Assembly: GCA_965203355.1 (NCBI GenBank)
Contig: OZ241889.1
Coordinates: forward strand, 704,001-768,000
Length of the DNA stretch: 64,000 nt
Source: Candidatus Latescibacterota bacterium
GTDB lineage: Bacteria; Latescibacterota; UBA2968; UBA8231
Direction: 5' to 3'
Of this stretch, positions 1 through 9,682 are shown piece after piece. The position numbers were made by a program, and so were the translations under genes. How positions within the stretch are numbered: the first letter of the stretch is position 1; each line of letters opens with the position of its first letter. A model generated the notes under the pieces. The model saw only the letters and a program-made list of their open reading frames with translations, searched no databases and had not been told where the DNA came from.

Positions 1-1
1 T

Positions 2-169
2 TTTTCTCCGCGACGGCTCGCGCTCCAGCTAGCCTTGTTGTCGCCGATTCACTACCCAATTCGCTGGGTGACCCGCTGGCTTGTGAAAACTTATGTCCCG
101 GATCTGTTTTTTAATTATTTATTTTGGTCTAGCCGCACACGGGGTTACATGTGCGCTCTAAACGAATGA
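2..169 (+). CDS. 3' end of a gene entering the window (possibly a glycosyltransferase C-terminus)
   Basis: Open frame from the window edge (FSPRRLALQL...YLFWSSRTRGYMCALNE*); its TGA at 167-169 overlaps the ATG (166) of the next gene in an ATGA arrangement. Confidence 0.55.
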   Translation, partial: FSPRRLALQLALLSPIHYPIRWVTRWLVKTYVPDLFFNYLFWSSRTRGYMCALNE

Positions 170-1005
170 AAAACAACGACATGCACACACACTATCCCCG
201 CTTCTCCCAAGTTCTCCGCGTAGTGCTACCTGCGCTCCTGCTGGCCCACTTCATAGTTTGGCCCATCGTCGGCCTTTTATCCCTACATGCTGGTATTATT
301 GCCGCCGAATGTACCCTTTTGTGGTTTGTTGTTCTTTATATTCGCCGTCATCGCTTAATTGCCGAAGATCTACTTCTGTTCAACGCCACACCGGCTGCGA
401 CCCTGTTGCTGACAATCCCGGTGACTATTTGCTGTAGCCTCGCAATCGCCGAACTCGACTTGTATCTGGCCTATCTTCTCGGCCTGATAGACCTGTCCAC
501 GCCGCTGTCTTTTCAGAAAAACCTGTTAGAGATTCAGATTGTCCGCGAATGGGTGGAGATCCCAAAGGGACTGGTAACGCTAGTGCTAGTACCTGTGTTT
601 TGCGAAGATCCCCTCTTCCGCGGACTTATATTCACGAGTCTGTGCGCCCATTATGGGCCGCGCTGGGCACTTGGCGGTTCGGCCTTGCTGTTTGCCATTT
701 CTCACTTCAACCCTTGGCAAATGATCGCCCTCTTCCTCTTTGGGCTCTTCCTCGGCGCTTTAGTCTACTGGACTCACAGCATCTATCCTGCCATGCTCGC
801 CCACGCGGTCAATAATTTGACTTCGATAATTGGGATCAACTTGCGCACTTACTTAGGGCTGGATGGCCTCGGTCCCTCCCAACACCTACCCATGCCTTTG
901 GTCCTGCTCGTCGGCCTACTCCTGCTCGCCGGCCTCCTGCTTCTCAGCCGCCGCCCCGCCATTATGCCGCTGTTGACTAAGAGGGAATTCGCTTCGCCCG
1001 ATTGA
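166..1005 (+). CDS. CPBP (CAAX/Abi) family intramembrane metalloprotease
   Basis: Multiple TM segments; motifs CEDPLFRG (EExxFRG-like), FAISH and HAVNN; start placed at ATG 166 from the ATGA overlap. Confidence 0.85.
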   Translation: MKNNDMHTHYPRFSQVLRVVLPALLLAHFIVWPIVGLLSLHAGIIAAECTLLWFVVLYIRRHRLIAEDLLLFNATPAATLLLTIPVTICCSLAIAELDLYLAYLLGLIDLSTPLSFQKNLLEIQIVREWVEIPKGLVTLVLVPVFCEDPLFRGLIFTSLCAHYGPRWALGGSALLFAISHFNPWQMIALFLFGLFLGALVYWTHSIYPAMLAHAVNNLTSIIGINLRTYLGLDGLGPSQHLPMPLVLLVGLLLLAGLLLLSRRPAIMPLLTKREFASPD

Positions 1006-1036
1006 TAGTTACGTAGAAAAACGTTCCCCAATTAAA

Positions 1037-1906
1037 TCAGCTCAGTACCTTCGCTACCGTTTCCCCAATTTCCGCCGGACTCTCGCAGATGTGAATCCCC
1101 GCTTCCCGCATCGCCGCCATCTTGTCCTCGGCCGTTCCCTTACCGCCTGAAATAATAGCACCTGCATGTCCCATCCGCCGCCCCGGCGGGGCCGTGCGCC
1201 CCGCGATAAAACCAATGACGGGCTTGTCGTAGCACTCTTTGATATAAGCGGCCGCTTCCTCTTCAGCCGTGCCGCCAATCTCGCCGATCATCACGACCGC
1301 ATCGGTCTCGGGGTCGTCCTTAAAGAGTGCCAGCGCGTCCACAAAACGCGTACCGATGATTGGGTCGCCGCCAATGCCGATGGCTGTGGACTGGCCTAGG
1401 CCCCGCTCAGTGAGCTGCCCCACGGCTTCATAAGTTAGCGTTCCGCTGCGCGAGATAATCCCCACGCGACCTGGCTGGTGAATAAAGTGGGGCATAATGC
1501 CGATCTTACACTTCCCAGGCGAGATGACGCCAGGGCAATTAGGCCCGATCAGCCGAGTAGATCGCACTTGGATATAATGATGGGCTTTAACCATGTCGCT
1601 CACGGGGATGTTCTCGGTGATACAGATGACTAGCGCTAGACCAGCATCGGCCGCTTCCATGATGGCGTCGGCGGCAAAGGGAGCTGGTACAAAGATGATT
1701 GAAGCATTGGCACCTGTGGATTCGACGCCTTCGGCGACCGTGTTAAACACCGGAACGCCTTCAAATTCTTGGCCACCTTTGCCAGGTGTTGCTCCTCCGA
1801 CCACTTTCGTGCCATATTCCAGCATTTGTCGCGTGTGAAACGATCCCTCCGCCCCCGTAATCGCCTGTACAAAGACCTTAGTGTTTTCGTCGATTAAAAT
1901 ACTCAT
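1037..1906 (-). CDS. sucD: Succinyl-CoA synthetase alpha subunit
   Basis: Starts [18 protein letters not shown]; contains [15 protein letters not shown] and RMGHAGA (phospho-His); lies downstream of sucC. Confidence 0.97.
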   Translation of the reverse strand: MSILIDENTKVFVQAITGAEGSFHTRQMLEYGTKVVGGATPGKGGQEFEGVPVFNTVAEGVESTGANASIIFVPAPFAADAIMEAADAGLALVICITENIPVSDMVKAHHYIQVRSTRLIGPNCPGVISPGKCKIGIMPHFIHQPGRVGIISRSGTLTYEAVGQLTERGLGQSTAIGIGGDPIIGTRFVDALALFKDDPETDAVVMIGEIGGTAEEEAAAYIKECYDKPVIGFIAGRTAPPGRRMGHAGAIISGGKGTAEDKMAAMREAGIHICESPAEIGETVAKVLS

Positions 1907-1919
1907 CCTTGTATTCCTC

Positions 1920-3077
1920 TTACTGAATAATCGCCTTGACCATCGCCGCTGCTTCTTGCAGCCCGTGCCCAACGGCAAAGTCCATGTCGGAGTTTTCCAG
2001 CATCTCGGCAGCCACATCTGCGTTGGTCCCAGCCAGCCGCACGACGATCGGTACGCTGACTTCAATGTTTTTGCGCGCCTCAATCACGCCAGCGGCCACG
2101 CGGTCGCAGCGCACAATGCCACCGAAAATGTTGATGAGAATGGCCTTTACATTCGGGTCGGAGAGCAAAATGCGGAAGCCATTTTCCACGGTTTCAGCAC
2201 TGGCCCCCCCGCCTACGTCCAAGAAATTGGCCGGCTCAGCACCAGACAGCTTGATGATGTCCATGGTGGCCATCGCCAGCCCAGCACCGTTGACCATGCA
2301 ACCGATATTTCCGTCGAGCTTGATGTAGTTTAGATCGTATTTAGCCGCTTCGACTTCTAGCTCTTCCTCTTCATCCAGATCGCGCATTGCCGCTAAGTCA
2401 GGGTGGCGGAAGAGTGCGTTGTCGTCCAAGTCTATTTTGGCATCCAGTGCCAAAAGCCGCCCATCGGCGGTCGCCACTAAAGGATTGACCTCGACCAGTG
2501 AGCAGTCGGCATCGACATAGGCTCTGTAGAGGCTAAGGATAAAACTGGCTGCTTGGCGAACCTGCTTGCCCTCAAAGCCAAGCCCAAATGCTAGGCGCGT
2601 CGCTTGGAATGCCTGTAGCCCCACTGCGGGATCGACCGTCTCCTTGAGAATCTTTTCTGGGGCCGCCGCAGCCACCTCCTCGATCGCAACGCCGCCCTCT
2701 TGGCTGACCATGACCACTGGCTTGCACTGGGCCCGGTCGAGCGTGATGCCCAGATAAAACTCGCGTTCTATATCCGAGGCCTGCTCTACGAGGACTTGCT
2801 TGACCTTTTGGCCTTCCGGGCCGGTCTGGTGCGTAACGAGCTGCATACCGAGAATCTCGCTGGCCGCTTGGCGAACCTCTGCGGGATTAGCGGCCAGTTT
2901 GACACCTCCGCCCTTGCCGCGACCTCCAGCGTGGATTTGGGCCTTAACTACGACCTTTCCACCCAATTCATCAGCCGCGTGTGCGGCTTGGTCAGCCGTG
3001 GTGGCCACGTTGCCACTCGGTACGGCGACCTGATACTGGCGCAAAATTTCTTTGGCTTGATATTCGTGAATTTTCAT
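1920..3077 (-). CDS. sucC: Succinyl-CoA synthetase beta subunit
   Basis: [45 protein letters not shown]. Confidence 0.98.
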   Translation of the reverse strand: MKIHEYQAKEILRQYQVAVPSGNVATTADQAAHAADELGGKVVVKAQIHAGGRGKGGGVKLAANPAEVRQAASEILGMQLVTHQTGPEGQKVKQVLVEQASDIEREFYLGITLDRAQCKPVVMVSQEGGVAIEEVAAAAPEKILKETVDPAVGLQAFQATRLAFGLGFEGKQVRQAASFILSLYRAYVDADCSLVEVNPLVATADGRLLALDAKIDLDDNALFRHPDLAAMRDLDEEEELEVEAAKYDLNYIKLDGNIGCMVNGAGLAMATMDIIKLSGAEPANFLDVGGGASAETVENGFRILLSDPNVKAILINIFGGIVRCDRVAAGVIEARKNIEVSVPIVVRLAGTNADVAAEMLENSDMDFAVGHGLQEAAAMVKAIIQ

Positions 3078-3246
3078 GAGTGTTATCTATCTATTAGGTG
3101 AAATGAACGCAAAAGAGTATAAAAACCTTCCCCTACCAGCAAGGCGATCCCAAAAGCGGCCAACGCAAGTACCAAACGAGGGCTGTTGATCCTTGAGAAA
3201 GCCCCGTACTATTCAGGTACATCCAAAAACTTCGAGGAGATAGCCC

Positions 3247-3435
3247 GTGAAAATCTTGTTAGTCGGCGGGGCCGGTCACGTCGGCACCTGTACTACTCCC
3301 TACCTTTGCACAGGTCATGGCCGCTGCGACACCTTCTTCATATCGGGCGACGCCGACCACCGTGAGATGAACATGTCCAAAGCACGAACTGTCTTGGGCT
3401 GGGAGCCTAAGTCGCACCTGATGCTGGAGGAGTGA
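3247..3435 (+). pseudogene. NAD-dependent epimerase/dehydratase remnant (in-frame internal deletion)
   Basis: Good RBS (GAGGAG); Rossmann start KILLVGGAGHVG joined directly to the extended-SDR C-terminal motif MSKARTVLGWEP within only 62 aa. Confidence 0.75.
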
Positions 3436-3441
3436 AAGACC

Positions 3442-3476
3442 AAAAAAAACAGGCCCGACCATTCTGGTGAGCCTGT
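3442..3476 (-). terminator. Rho-independent terminator after rpmA
   Basis: Minus strand: ACAGGC-TCACCA/GAA/TGGT-CG-GGCCTGT hairpin followed by a T-run. Confidence 0.75.
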
Positions 3477-3505
3477 CCCAATTCTATGGATCAGTAACGC
3501 ATTTC

Positions 3506-3760
3506 TTAGGCAGCGTAAACGCTCACCCGCTTGCCCTTCCCGCCAAAGGACTCAAACTTCACTTGCCCGTCAATGGTGGCGAAGAGTGTGTCATCTCCGC
3601 CCTTCTTGACGTTGACGCCCGGATGAATGCGCGTCCCGCGCTGCCGCACGATAATCGTGCCGGCACTGACCTTCTCTCCGCCGAAGCGCTTAACGCCTAG
3701 ACGCTGTGCATTGCTATCGCGCCCGTTTTTAGAGCTGCCGACCCCCTTTTTATGAGCCAT
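3506..3760 (-). CDS. rpmA: 50S ribosomal protein L27
   Basis: [24 protein letters not shown]. Confidence 0.99.
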   Translation of the reverse strand: MAHKKGVGSSKNGRDSNAQRLGVKRFGGEKVSAGTIIVRQRGTRIHPGVNVKKGGDDTLFATIDGQVKFESFGGKGKRVSVYAA

Positions 3761-3780
3761 ACTACCTAGTCCTTTCGCAC

Positions 3781-4098
3781 TCAGTTAGGAAGAACGATGT
3801 CCTCGACCCGAATCTCAGTGTAATCTTGGCGGTGGCCGGTGCGCCGCCGATATTTCTTGCGCCGTTTCTTCTTGAAAACGACAATTTTGTCGCCGCGACC
3901 GTGGCCGACGACCGTCGCCGAAACACTGGCTCCCTCGACCATGGGACTGCCAACCCTAGTTTCGTCGCCGCCGGAAACTAGCAGGACATCGGTAAATTCC
4001 TGGGTACTACCTTCTTCGGCCTGAAGCCGGGGTACGCGCAGACACAGACCCTTATCGACTTTGACCTGATGGCCGGCGATACTGACAACTGCATACAT
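3781..4098 (-). CDS. rplU: 50S ribosomal protein L21
   Basis: MYAVV start; [21 protein letters not shown]; adjacent to rpmA. Confidence 0.98.
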   Translation of the reverse strand: MYAVVSIAGHQVKVDKGLCLRVPRLQAEEGSTQEFTDVLLVSGGDETRVGSPMVEGASVSATVVGHGRGDKIVVFKKKRRKKYRRRTGHRQDYTEIRVEDIVLPN

Positions 4099-4174
4099 GA
4101 ATTGCACTCCTAGGCTAAGACTAACTCGCAGTCAACCAAGAAAATTCTAAAGATATGGGTCGGAATTTTTTCTG

Positions 4175-5698
4175 TCAAACTCGAAACTCAGCCGTCACAT
4201 CTAGGCTACGTTTGGTTGAGAAGAAGCGATAGTCCTGGGGGGCCAACGTGGAATCGGTTTCTATTTGAAGGCGCGCTTTGGTCGCCTTGCGCAATGATCT
4301 GAGCCGTTCTTCGCGGTTTTCTAGCATATAGGTGGCCACCTCGGGATGGACCTTTAACACGTAGCGTCTTTCGCGAGTGGCTGCATAGGAACGCTGAAGC
4401 CACCGTTCAATCCAAGTCAGGGTGGTATCTGGCCCCATAATCCGGCCCGTGCCGCTGCAAACCGGACAAGGTTCACTATGAGTGTGCAAAAGGTTTGGCC
4501 GGACGCGCTGGCGCGTCATTTCGACCAAACCAAACTCGCTGATATTCGGGCTGATGGAGACCTTCGCCCGATCCCTTTTAAATTCCTCGACTAAGCAGTC
4601 AACGACCTTTTTGCGGTTGCGCTCCTCGTTCATATCGATAAAGTCTATGACGATAATACCGCCAATGTCGCGGAGCTTGAGCTGACGGGCAATCTCACGA
4701 GCGGCCCCCAGATTGGTATTGAGATTGTTTTCCTCCTGATCGTCGGAGCCGAGGTAACGGGCTGAATTCACGTCGATGAAGGTCCCCGCCTCAGCGTAGT
4801 CGATGACCAAGGCTCCGCCGCGGCGCAACCACACGGTGCGATTGGTCGCCTTCTCGATATCTTCCTCAATATTGAAAGCATCGAAAATGGGCCGATGGTC
4901 CCGGTAAAATTCAACCCGTTGGCGCAATTCAGGTGAAACTTGGCGCAAATAAGCGGTGATCTCCTTGTACAACTCTTTGCTATCGACGACCAGCCGTTCC
5001 ACACTGTCGGTAAAGAGGTCGCGTATTACGCTGGAGGTCATGCCCATTTCCTTGTACACTAGGGCAGGTGCTTCGACCTTCCTGCTCGCCTTGATCAGAC
5101 GCCCGTAGTTCCTCACTAGCTGCTTCATATCGCGTTTGAACTCGCGCTCACTATGCCCCTGCCCTTCGGTGCGCACGATTACCGAGTAGCCCTCAGGTTT
5201 GATCTTAAATACCAGATCTCTCAGTCTTTTGCGTTCGTTCCGACTGGTGATCTTGTGGGAGACACCAACCCAGTTGCCTCGCGGGACCAACACCATAAAA
5301 CGACCCGGCAGCGACAGTTGAGTAGTCACACGGGCCCCTTTGGTGCCGATACGCTCTTTGGTGATTTGCACCAGCACCTGTTCGCCCTTCTTGATCAGGT
5401 TTTGAATGCTAGGATAACCGCGATGGCGCGGGCGGTGCCCGTTGCGCGTCCCATCGGTATCGTCTCTATCCGCTGCCATCATATCGTGCACTTTGAGAAA
5501 CGTGGTGCGGTCATGGCCTACCTCGACAAAGGCGGCCTGTAACCCGGGCAAAACGGCCGTTACAATCCCTTTGTATATATCCCCTACTGTCCGCTCATTT
5601 TCGGGTCTTTCGATCCAAACTTCAGCTAGACGCCCACCTTCCAAGATGGCAATACGGGATTCGTGAATGCCTTGGTTGATAAAAATTTCTGTTTGCAC
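4175..5698 (-). CDS. rng: Rne/Rng family ribonuclease (RNase G-length)
   Basis: S1 domain GDIYKGIVTAVLPGLQAAFV; IDVNS, DIGGIIVIDFIDM and the CPVCSGTG Zn-link. Confidence 0.93.
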   Translation of the reverse strand: MQTEIFINQGIHESRIAILEGGRLAEVWIERPENERTVGDIYKGIVTAVLPGLQAAFVEVGHDRTTFLKVHDMMAADRDDTDGTRNGHRPRHRGYPSIQNLIKKGEQVLVQITKERIGTKGARVTTQLSLPGRFMVLVPRGNWVGVSHKITSRNERKRLRDLVFKIKPEGYSVIVRTEGQGHSEREFKRDMKQLVRNYGRLIKASRKVEAPALVYKEMGMTSSVIRDLFTDSVERLVVDSKELYKEITAYLRQVSPELRQRVEFYRDHRPIFDAFNIEEDIEKATNRTVWLRRGGALVIDYAEAGTFIDVNSARYLGSDDQEENNLNTNLGAAREIARQLKLRDIGGIIVIDFIDMNEERNRKKVVDCLVEEFKRDRAKVSISPNISEFGLVEMTRQRVRPNLLHTHSEPCPVCSGTGRIMGPDTTLTWIERWLQRSYAATRERRYVLKVHPEVATYMLENREERLRSLRKATKARLQIETDSTLAPQDYRFFSTKRSLDVTAEFRV

Positions 5699-5784
5699 GA
5701 TCTGTCCTCACGCTTAGTAGTGATAATATTATTTATTACGTCTATTGATCTCAACATCCCCCAAAAAATGCCCCCAGCACGAAA

Positions 5785-5815
5785 ATTATCACTGCTATTA
5801 TCACTGCTATTATCA
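5785..5815. repeat. 12-bp tandem repeat (ATTATCACTGCT x2.6) upstream of rng
   Basis: ATTATCACTGCT ATTATCACTGCT ATTATCA read directly. Confidence 0.85.
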
Positions 5816-5905
5816 TTACGTCTTCGGAAATCGCTCTTCACTTTTTTAATAGGATGCGTGAAATATAATACGACGTAAAAGCAGGTGTCAACCAGCTAGC
5901 GCCTC

Positions 5906-6067
5906 TTACCCCTCCGGCAAATCATCCTCTTTGTCTTTCAGCTTCAACTCGAGTTCTGCGAGCTGGCGACCCAGTTCCCCAGTGCGCCGATTTAGATGCG
6001 CCAAATAGGCAAAAAGCACGATCCACACGGCCGCGAAGGCAGCAAATAAGTAGTGGAGATTGTCCAT
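5906..6067 (-). CDS. ccmD: CcmD-like heme exporter small membrane protein (53 aa; not in ORF track)
   Basis: MDNLHYLFAAFAAVWIVLFAYLAHLNRRTGELGRQLAELELKLKDKEDDLPEG*: one TM helix plus a charged tail, 6 nt downstream of ccmC, RBS AGAGG. Confidence 0.85.
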   Translation of the reverse strand: MDNLHYLFAAFAAVWIVLFAYLAHLNRRTGELGRQLAELELKLKDKEDDLPEG

Positions 6068-6073
6068 AGCCTC

Positions 6074-6745
6074 TTACGTTTCGTTCGTTAGTTTTTGCCG
6101 CAGGAGTGCCACGGCTCTTTCAATGCGGGCTAGCTCCATGCGTTGCGCTATGAGGCGAAAGAGCAGCAAGAAAAAAGCCGCGTAGCAGATCCACTTGGTG
6201 TATTGCATCGTCGGCTCAAGTTCTACGTTGCGCGGCGGATGTAGCTGTTGGTCGGCAGCCCACAGATCGACAGCATAGTACACCAAAGGAACGTTGGCGA
6301 AGGCGAGAATGCCCAGTACAGCACTGATGCGTTGTACCGGAGTGGAGTTTGCCCCGTATCCCCGCACCATTAGGTAAGCCACGTAGATGGTGAAAGTAAT
6401 CAGCATGGAGGTCAGGCGCGGCTCCCAGCGCCAGTAAACCCCCCAGACGGGCTTGGCCCACAAAGGGCCCGTGATCAGTACGATCAACGCAAAGATCACG
6501 CCCAATTCGGCGGAGCATAGTGCTAGGCGATCCCACTTGTCCGCACGAGTGTACAGATACTGTACGCTGCCGACGAACACCAAAAAAAAGGCCAAAAACG
6601 AAGAAAACGCCGCCGGTACGTGAAAGTAGAAGATTCGCTGGACGATTCCCATTTCTTTTTCTGTGGGGACCCACAGAAAGATCGCGCCTAAGGCGACGAG
6701 CATGACCACGAAAATCAAACAGGAGAATGGGACTGAACGCATCAT
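6074..6745 (-). CDS. ccmC: Heme exporter/cytochrome c biogenesis protein CcmC
   Basis: RIFYFHVP, WAKPVWGVYWRWEPRLT (WWD-type domain), second His in LHPP. Confidence 0.95.
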   Translation of the reverse strand: MMRSVPFSCLIFVVMLVALGAIFLWVPTEKEMGIVQRIFYFHVPAAFSSFLAFFLVFVGSVQYLYTRADKWDRLALCSAELGVIFALIVLITGPLWAKPVWGVYWRWEPRLTSMLITFTIYVAYLMVRGYGANSTPVQRISAVLGILAFANVPLVYYAVDLWAADQQLHPPRNVELEPTMQYTKWICYAAFFLLLFRLIAQRMELARIERAVALLRQKLTNET

Positions 6746-7419
6746 TCCTCGATTGCGTATTCAAAAAGTATTAGCGATAGCACCGTGAAAACCACCGCGT
6801 ACACCCCCAACATTCGCAGGTGCGGGAAGAGCTTTTCGCAACAGTCATTGGCCAGCACTAGCCCGGTCGCCTCCACGCAGGAAATCAACGCCGGCAAGAT
6901 CATGGGCAAGAGCAAAAGGGGCAGCATCAACTCGCGCAAACGCATGTTGTTCGACAATGCCGCAAAGAGCGTACCCGTCGCCGCCATACAAGCTGATCCC
7001 AAAACGAAGACAGCCAGCAGGGGGAGCAAGAAAAAGCCTGGAGACAGGTTAAAAAAGAGCGCAAAAAAGGGCAAACTCAGAAGTTCGATTGCTAAAAGAA
7101 AAACAAAATTGCCCATCATTTTACCTAGGTAGATGGCACCGCGGTCCCCCGGTGCCAACAGCAGTGCGTCGAGCGCGTCGTTGTCGCGTTCATCAGTAAA
7201 AGAGCGGCCCAGACTTAGCAGACTGGCGAAGACATAGGACGACCACAGGGTGCCAGGCCCAATCTCGCGTAGAGCAGCCCCGCCTAAATCGAAGGAAAAG
7301 TTGAATACCAGCAACATCAACAGTATAAAGAAGATCATCGGACTGAGGCGTACCTTAGTGCGCCACTCGGCCTTCAGATCTTTGTTCAGTATCGCCAGCG
7401 TACGCCTGAAAAAGCTCAT
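6742..7419 (-). CDS. ccmB: Heme exporter protein CcmB
   Basis: KDLKAEWR, ERDNDALDALLLAP, LPLLLLP; lies between ccmA and ccmC. Confidence 0.93.
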   Translation of the reverse strand: MSFFRRTLAILNKDLKAEWRTKVRLSPMIFFILLMLLVFNFSFDLGGAALREIGPGTLWSSYVFASLLSLGRSFTDERDNDALDALLLAPGDRGAIYLGKMMGNFVFLLAIELLSLPFFALFFNLSPGFFLLPLLAVFVLGSACMAATGTLFAALSNNMRLRELMLPLLLLPMILPALISCVEATGLVLANDCCEKLFPHLRMLGVYAVVFTVLSLILFEYAIEE

Positions 7420-8129
7420 GGGTTGGCGTCGAGATAGGGCGCGCAGAGCGGACGCAGTTGGTTAGAATCTTCCGTCAGGATTTGGTCCAAGCGCCATTGA
7501 CCGCGTTCGATCACCAGCAGGCGATCGACTAGGCCCTCGGCCTCGTCGAGCCGATGCGTTACCAAGACGCAGGTGCGCCCTTCCCGCCGAAAGCGGAGTA
7601 AGAGGCGGTGCAATGCAGCACTGGCACTCGAGTCGAGGCCAGTGAACGGCTCGTCGAGTAAGAGAATAGAGGGGTCATGCAGGATGGCCCGGGCAATAGC
7701 TAGACGCTGCTTCATACCGCGGGAGAACGAACCCACGCGCTGGTCGAGCCGCTCGTTCAAGTCAATAGCCGCTAAGGCCGCAGCGAGCCGTTTATCAGGG
7801 TTGTCCAAGTCATAGAGTTGGGCGAAGAAACTCAAGTTCTCTCTCGCCGTCAGTTCGTCGTAGAGCAAAGGTTGATGCGAGAGTAGACCGATATCCGCCC
7901 GCGCCTCGGTAATGCGTTGGGGATCGCGACCGTTGATTTTCACGCTCCCCGTCGAAGGTCGGCAGAGGCCGGCCACCAGCCGCAACAGGGTACTCTTGCC
8001 CGCACCGTTGGCTCCAGCAAGCAGCGCCGCTTGCCCACGCGGGACGACCAGATCGATGGGATGCAGGGCTGTGTGGGTGCCGAAGCGTTTAGCTGCGCCC
8101 GCTAGGACGATGGCATCGGCTCCACTCAT
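7416..8129 (-). CDS. ccmA: Heme ABC exporter ATP-binding protein CcmA
   Basis: Walker A GANGAGKS, FSRGMKQR signature, LLLDEPFTGLD. Confidence 0.92.
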   Translation of the reverse strand: MSGADAIVLAGAAKRFGTHTALHPIDLVVPRGQAALLAGANGAGKSTLLRLVAGLCRPSTGSVKINGRDPQRITEARADIGLLSHQPLLYDELTARENLSFFAQLYDLDNPDKRLAAALAAIDLNERLDQRVGSFSRGMKQRLAIARAILHDPSILLLDEPFTGLDSSASAALHRLLLRFRREGRTCVLVTHRLDEAEGLVDRLLVIERGQWRLDQILTEDSNQLRPLCAPYLDANP

Positions 8130-9202
8130 CACGCATCAAGCGATTGAGTCAGGGCAATCGCTTCGCGCATTAGCTGCGCCCGTTGGTCGGTGTAGTGCGG
8201 ATCTTCGGGCCGGTCGGCAAAAGAGTCGTCGAGCCGGGCGAGTTCCTCAATGAGATGCCGCCGTCGTTTCAGCGCGTGTACGCGCTCGGTGCTTGGGTGT
8301 TGGCGGCTCAATGCCAGCGCGCCACCTCCGGTGAGGAAGGCGCCAGCCAGCGCGATCCATTTGAGCGACCAACGCAGCGAGGGAGCGAGGGGTAAAGGGA
8401 TCGCCACTTGCTGACTGGGCTGTAGGTTTTCCATGGCCGCTTTCCGGTACTGGCGGCCGTGCTGTTCAACGATACCTAGATCGATAAAAGGCGGTTTGAT
8501 CGCCGTAGAGGGGGGGTCGAGAAAAACCTCTAAGCGGTCGGTCGGATATATCACCTGATGCACATAAGGGCTGGCGGACTTGCGGGCGTCGAGATTAAAA
8601 GAAAAGCTCCGCTGCGAGCGGCCCGGAGGCAGGGGTTGGTTGTCGAAGAAACGACCTTCTCCGGCTTGGTGAATCAGCCCCGAGTGGCTTTGGAGATTGA
8701 AGATGCCCGTTGGCAAGACAAGTTCAGTCACTTGCCGCTCGCGTCCGGTCCCACGGCCTGCGTACGTGCGCTCGCGGGGGTTGTGAATTTGCAGGAGTTG
8801 GATGCACTCAATCGCGTTCTCGCGCAGCGCGAAAAAGAGGTGATGAGTTCCAATGCGGATGCCGGAAGGGTCCTCGGTTCTTTCGTACACTTCGAGGATG
8901 ACCTGTTGTTGTGCACCGGCCTCAAGAGTCGAAGAAAAGTAGGGGATGTCGTCGTAGAAGGCGGCTAGCCCGAAGAGGAGTCCACTCTGTAGAAAAGGAC
9001 CGGCAAAAGAGAAGTGGCCCTCGGCGTCGGTTTCCTTGCGCAGCATTTCGAGGATTTGGCCGTCTTGGCGGACGTAGAAGGCCACGGGAATGCCCGGAAC
9101 TCGCGCTTGGGTGAAAGGGTTGAGTACATAACCGCTGATCGCCGCGCCCCACAGGTCAGAAGCGCAAAGGACGGTTGCAACACAAAGTGTGCGCAGAACC
9201 AT
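8129..9202 (-). CDS. Exported, C-terminally anchored hypothetical protein in the ccm cluster (N-terminal prealbumin/carboxypeptidase-regulatory-like domain)
   Basis: Signal peptide; ISGYV...ETDAEGHFSF; C-terminal TM helix then LIEELARLDD...YTDQRAQL. Confidence 0.7.
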   Translation of the reverse strand: MVLRTLCVATVLCASDLWGAAISGYVLNPFTQARVPGIPVAFYVRQDGQILEMLRKETDAEGHFSFAGPFLQSGLLFGLAAFYDDIPYFSSTLEAGAQQQVILEVYERTEDPSGIRIGTHHLFFALRENAIECIQLLQIHNPRERTYAGRGTGRERQVTELVLPTGIFNLQSHSGLIHQAGEGRFFDNQPLPPGRSQRSFSFNLDARKSASPYVHQVIYPTDRLEVFLDPPSTAIKPPFIDLGIVEQHGRQYRKAAMENLQPSQQVAIPLPLAPSLRWSLKWIALAGAFLTGGGALALSRQHPSTERVHALKRRRHLIEELARLDDSFADRPEDPHYTDQRAQLMREAIALTQSLDA

Positions 9203-9205
9203 GGC

Positions 9206-9643
9206 TTAGCCAGATTCCACTAGCGAAGCACCGCATTGCGGACAGAATCGATCGCCCTCGCGTCGCAGGGCCCCGCAGCCGCGGCAACGAGGAACAGCCG
9301 TCTTTTGGCGCAGAGCCGCAACCTCTTCACCGATGCGTCGTTCGAGTTGAGAACGGCTCGCGCCGTTGAGCCGATCCAACTCGCCGATAACCGCCAGCGT
9401 CTCGGCCTCCAGTTCGGCAAAGAGGCGCTGAAAGTCCTCTGCGGACACTTTCCCAAGCTCGCGGTCGAGCTCCAGCTCGACGATCTCGCCCAAAAGCTGT
9501 TCCTTGCGCTCAAAGAGCTGTCGCGTTGATCCATTCGCCGCGCCCGTTCGTCCGCTCGCTAGGAGGGGATGTGCCAGATAGAGCAACAGTCCCAACAGCA
9601 GTGCGATAGAACACAATATGGGTAAAAGTTCTAATACCTTCAT
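9206..9643 (-). CDS. CcmI N-terminal-like membrane protein with zinc ribbon
   Basis: TM helix, EIVELELDRELGKVSAEDF (CcmI-like), C-terminal CRGCG...FCPQCG. Confidence 0.75.
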   Translation of the reverse strand: MKVLELLPILCSIALLLGLLLYLAHPLLASGRTGAANGSTRQLFERKEQLLGEIVELELDRELGKVSAEDFQRLFAELEAETLAVIGELDRLNGASRSQLERRIGEEVAALRQKTAVPRCRGCGALRREGDRFCPQCGASLVESG

Positions 9644-9682
9644 TATATATAGCCTCTGTAGGCCCGCGCCCGTTCTGCCAAG

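Noticed and set aside
1907-2083. 59-aa N-terminal extension of SucD in the ORF track
   Set aside because: Overlaps sucC; the conserved start MSILID at 1906 has its own RBS
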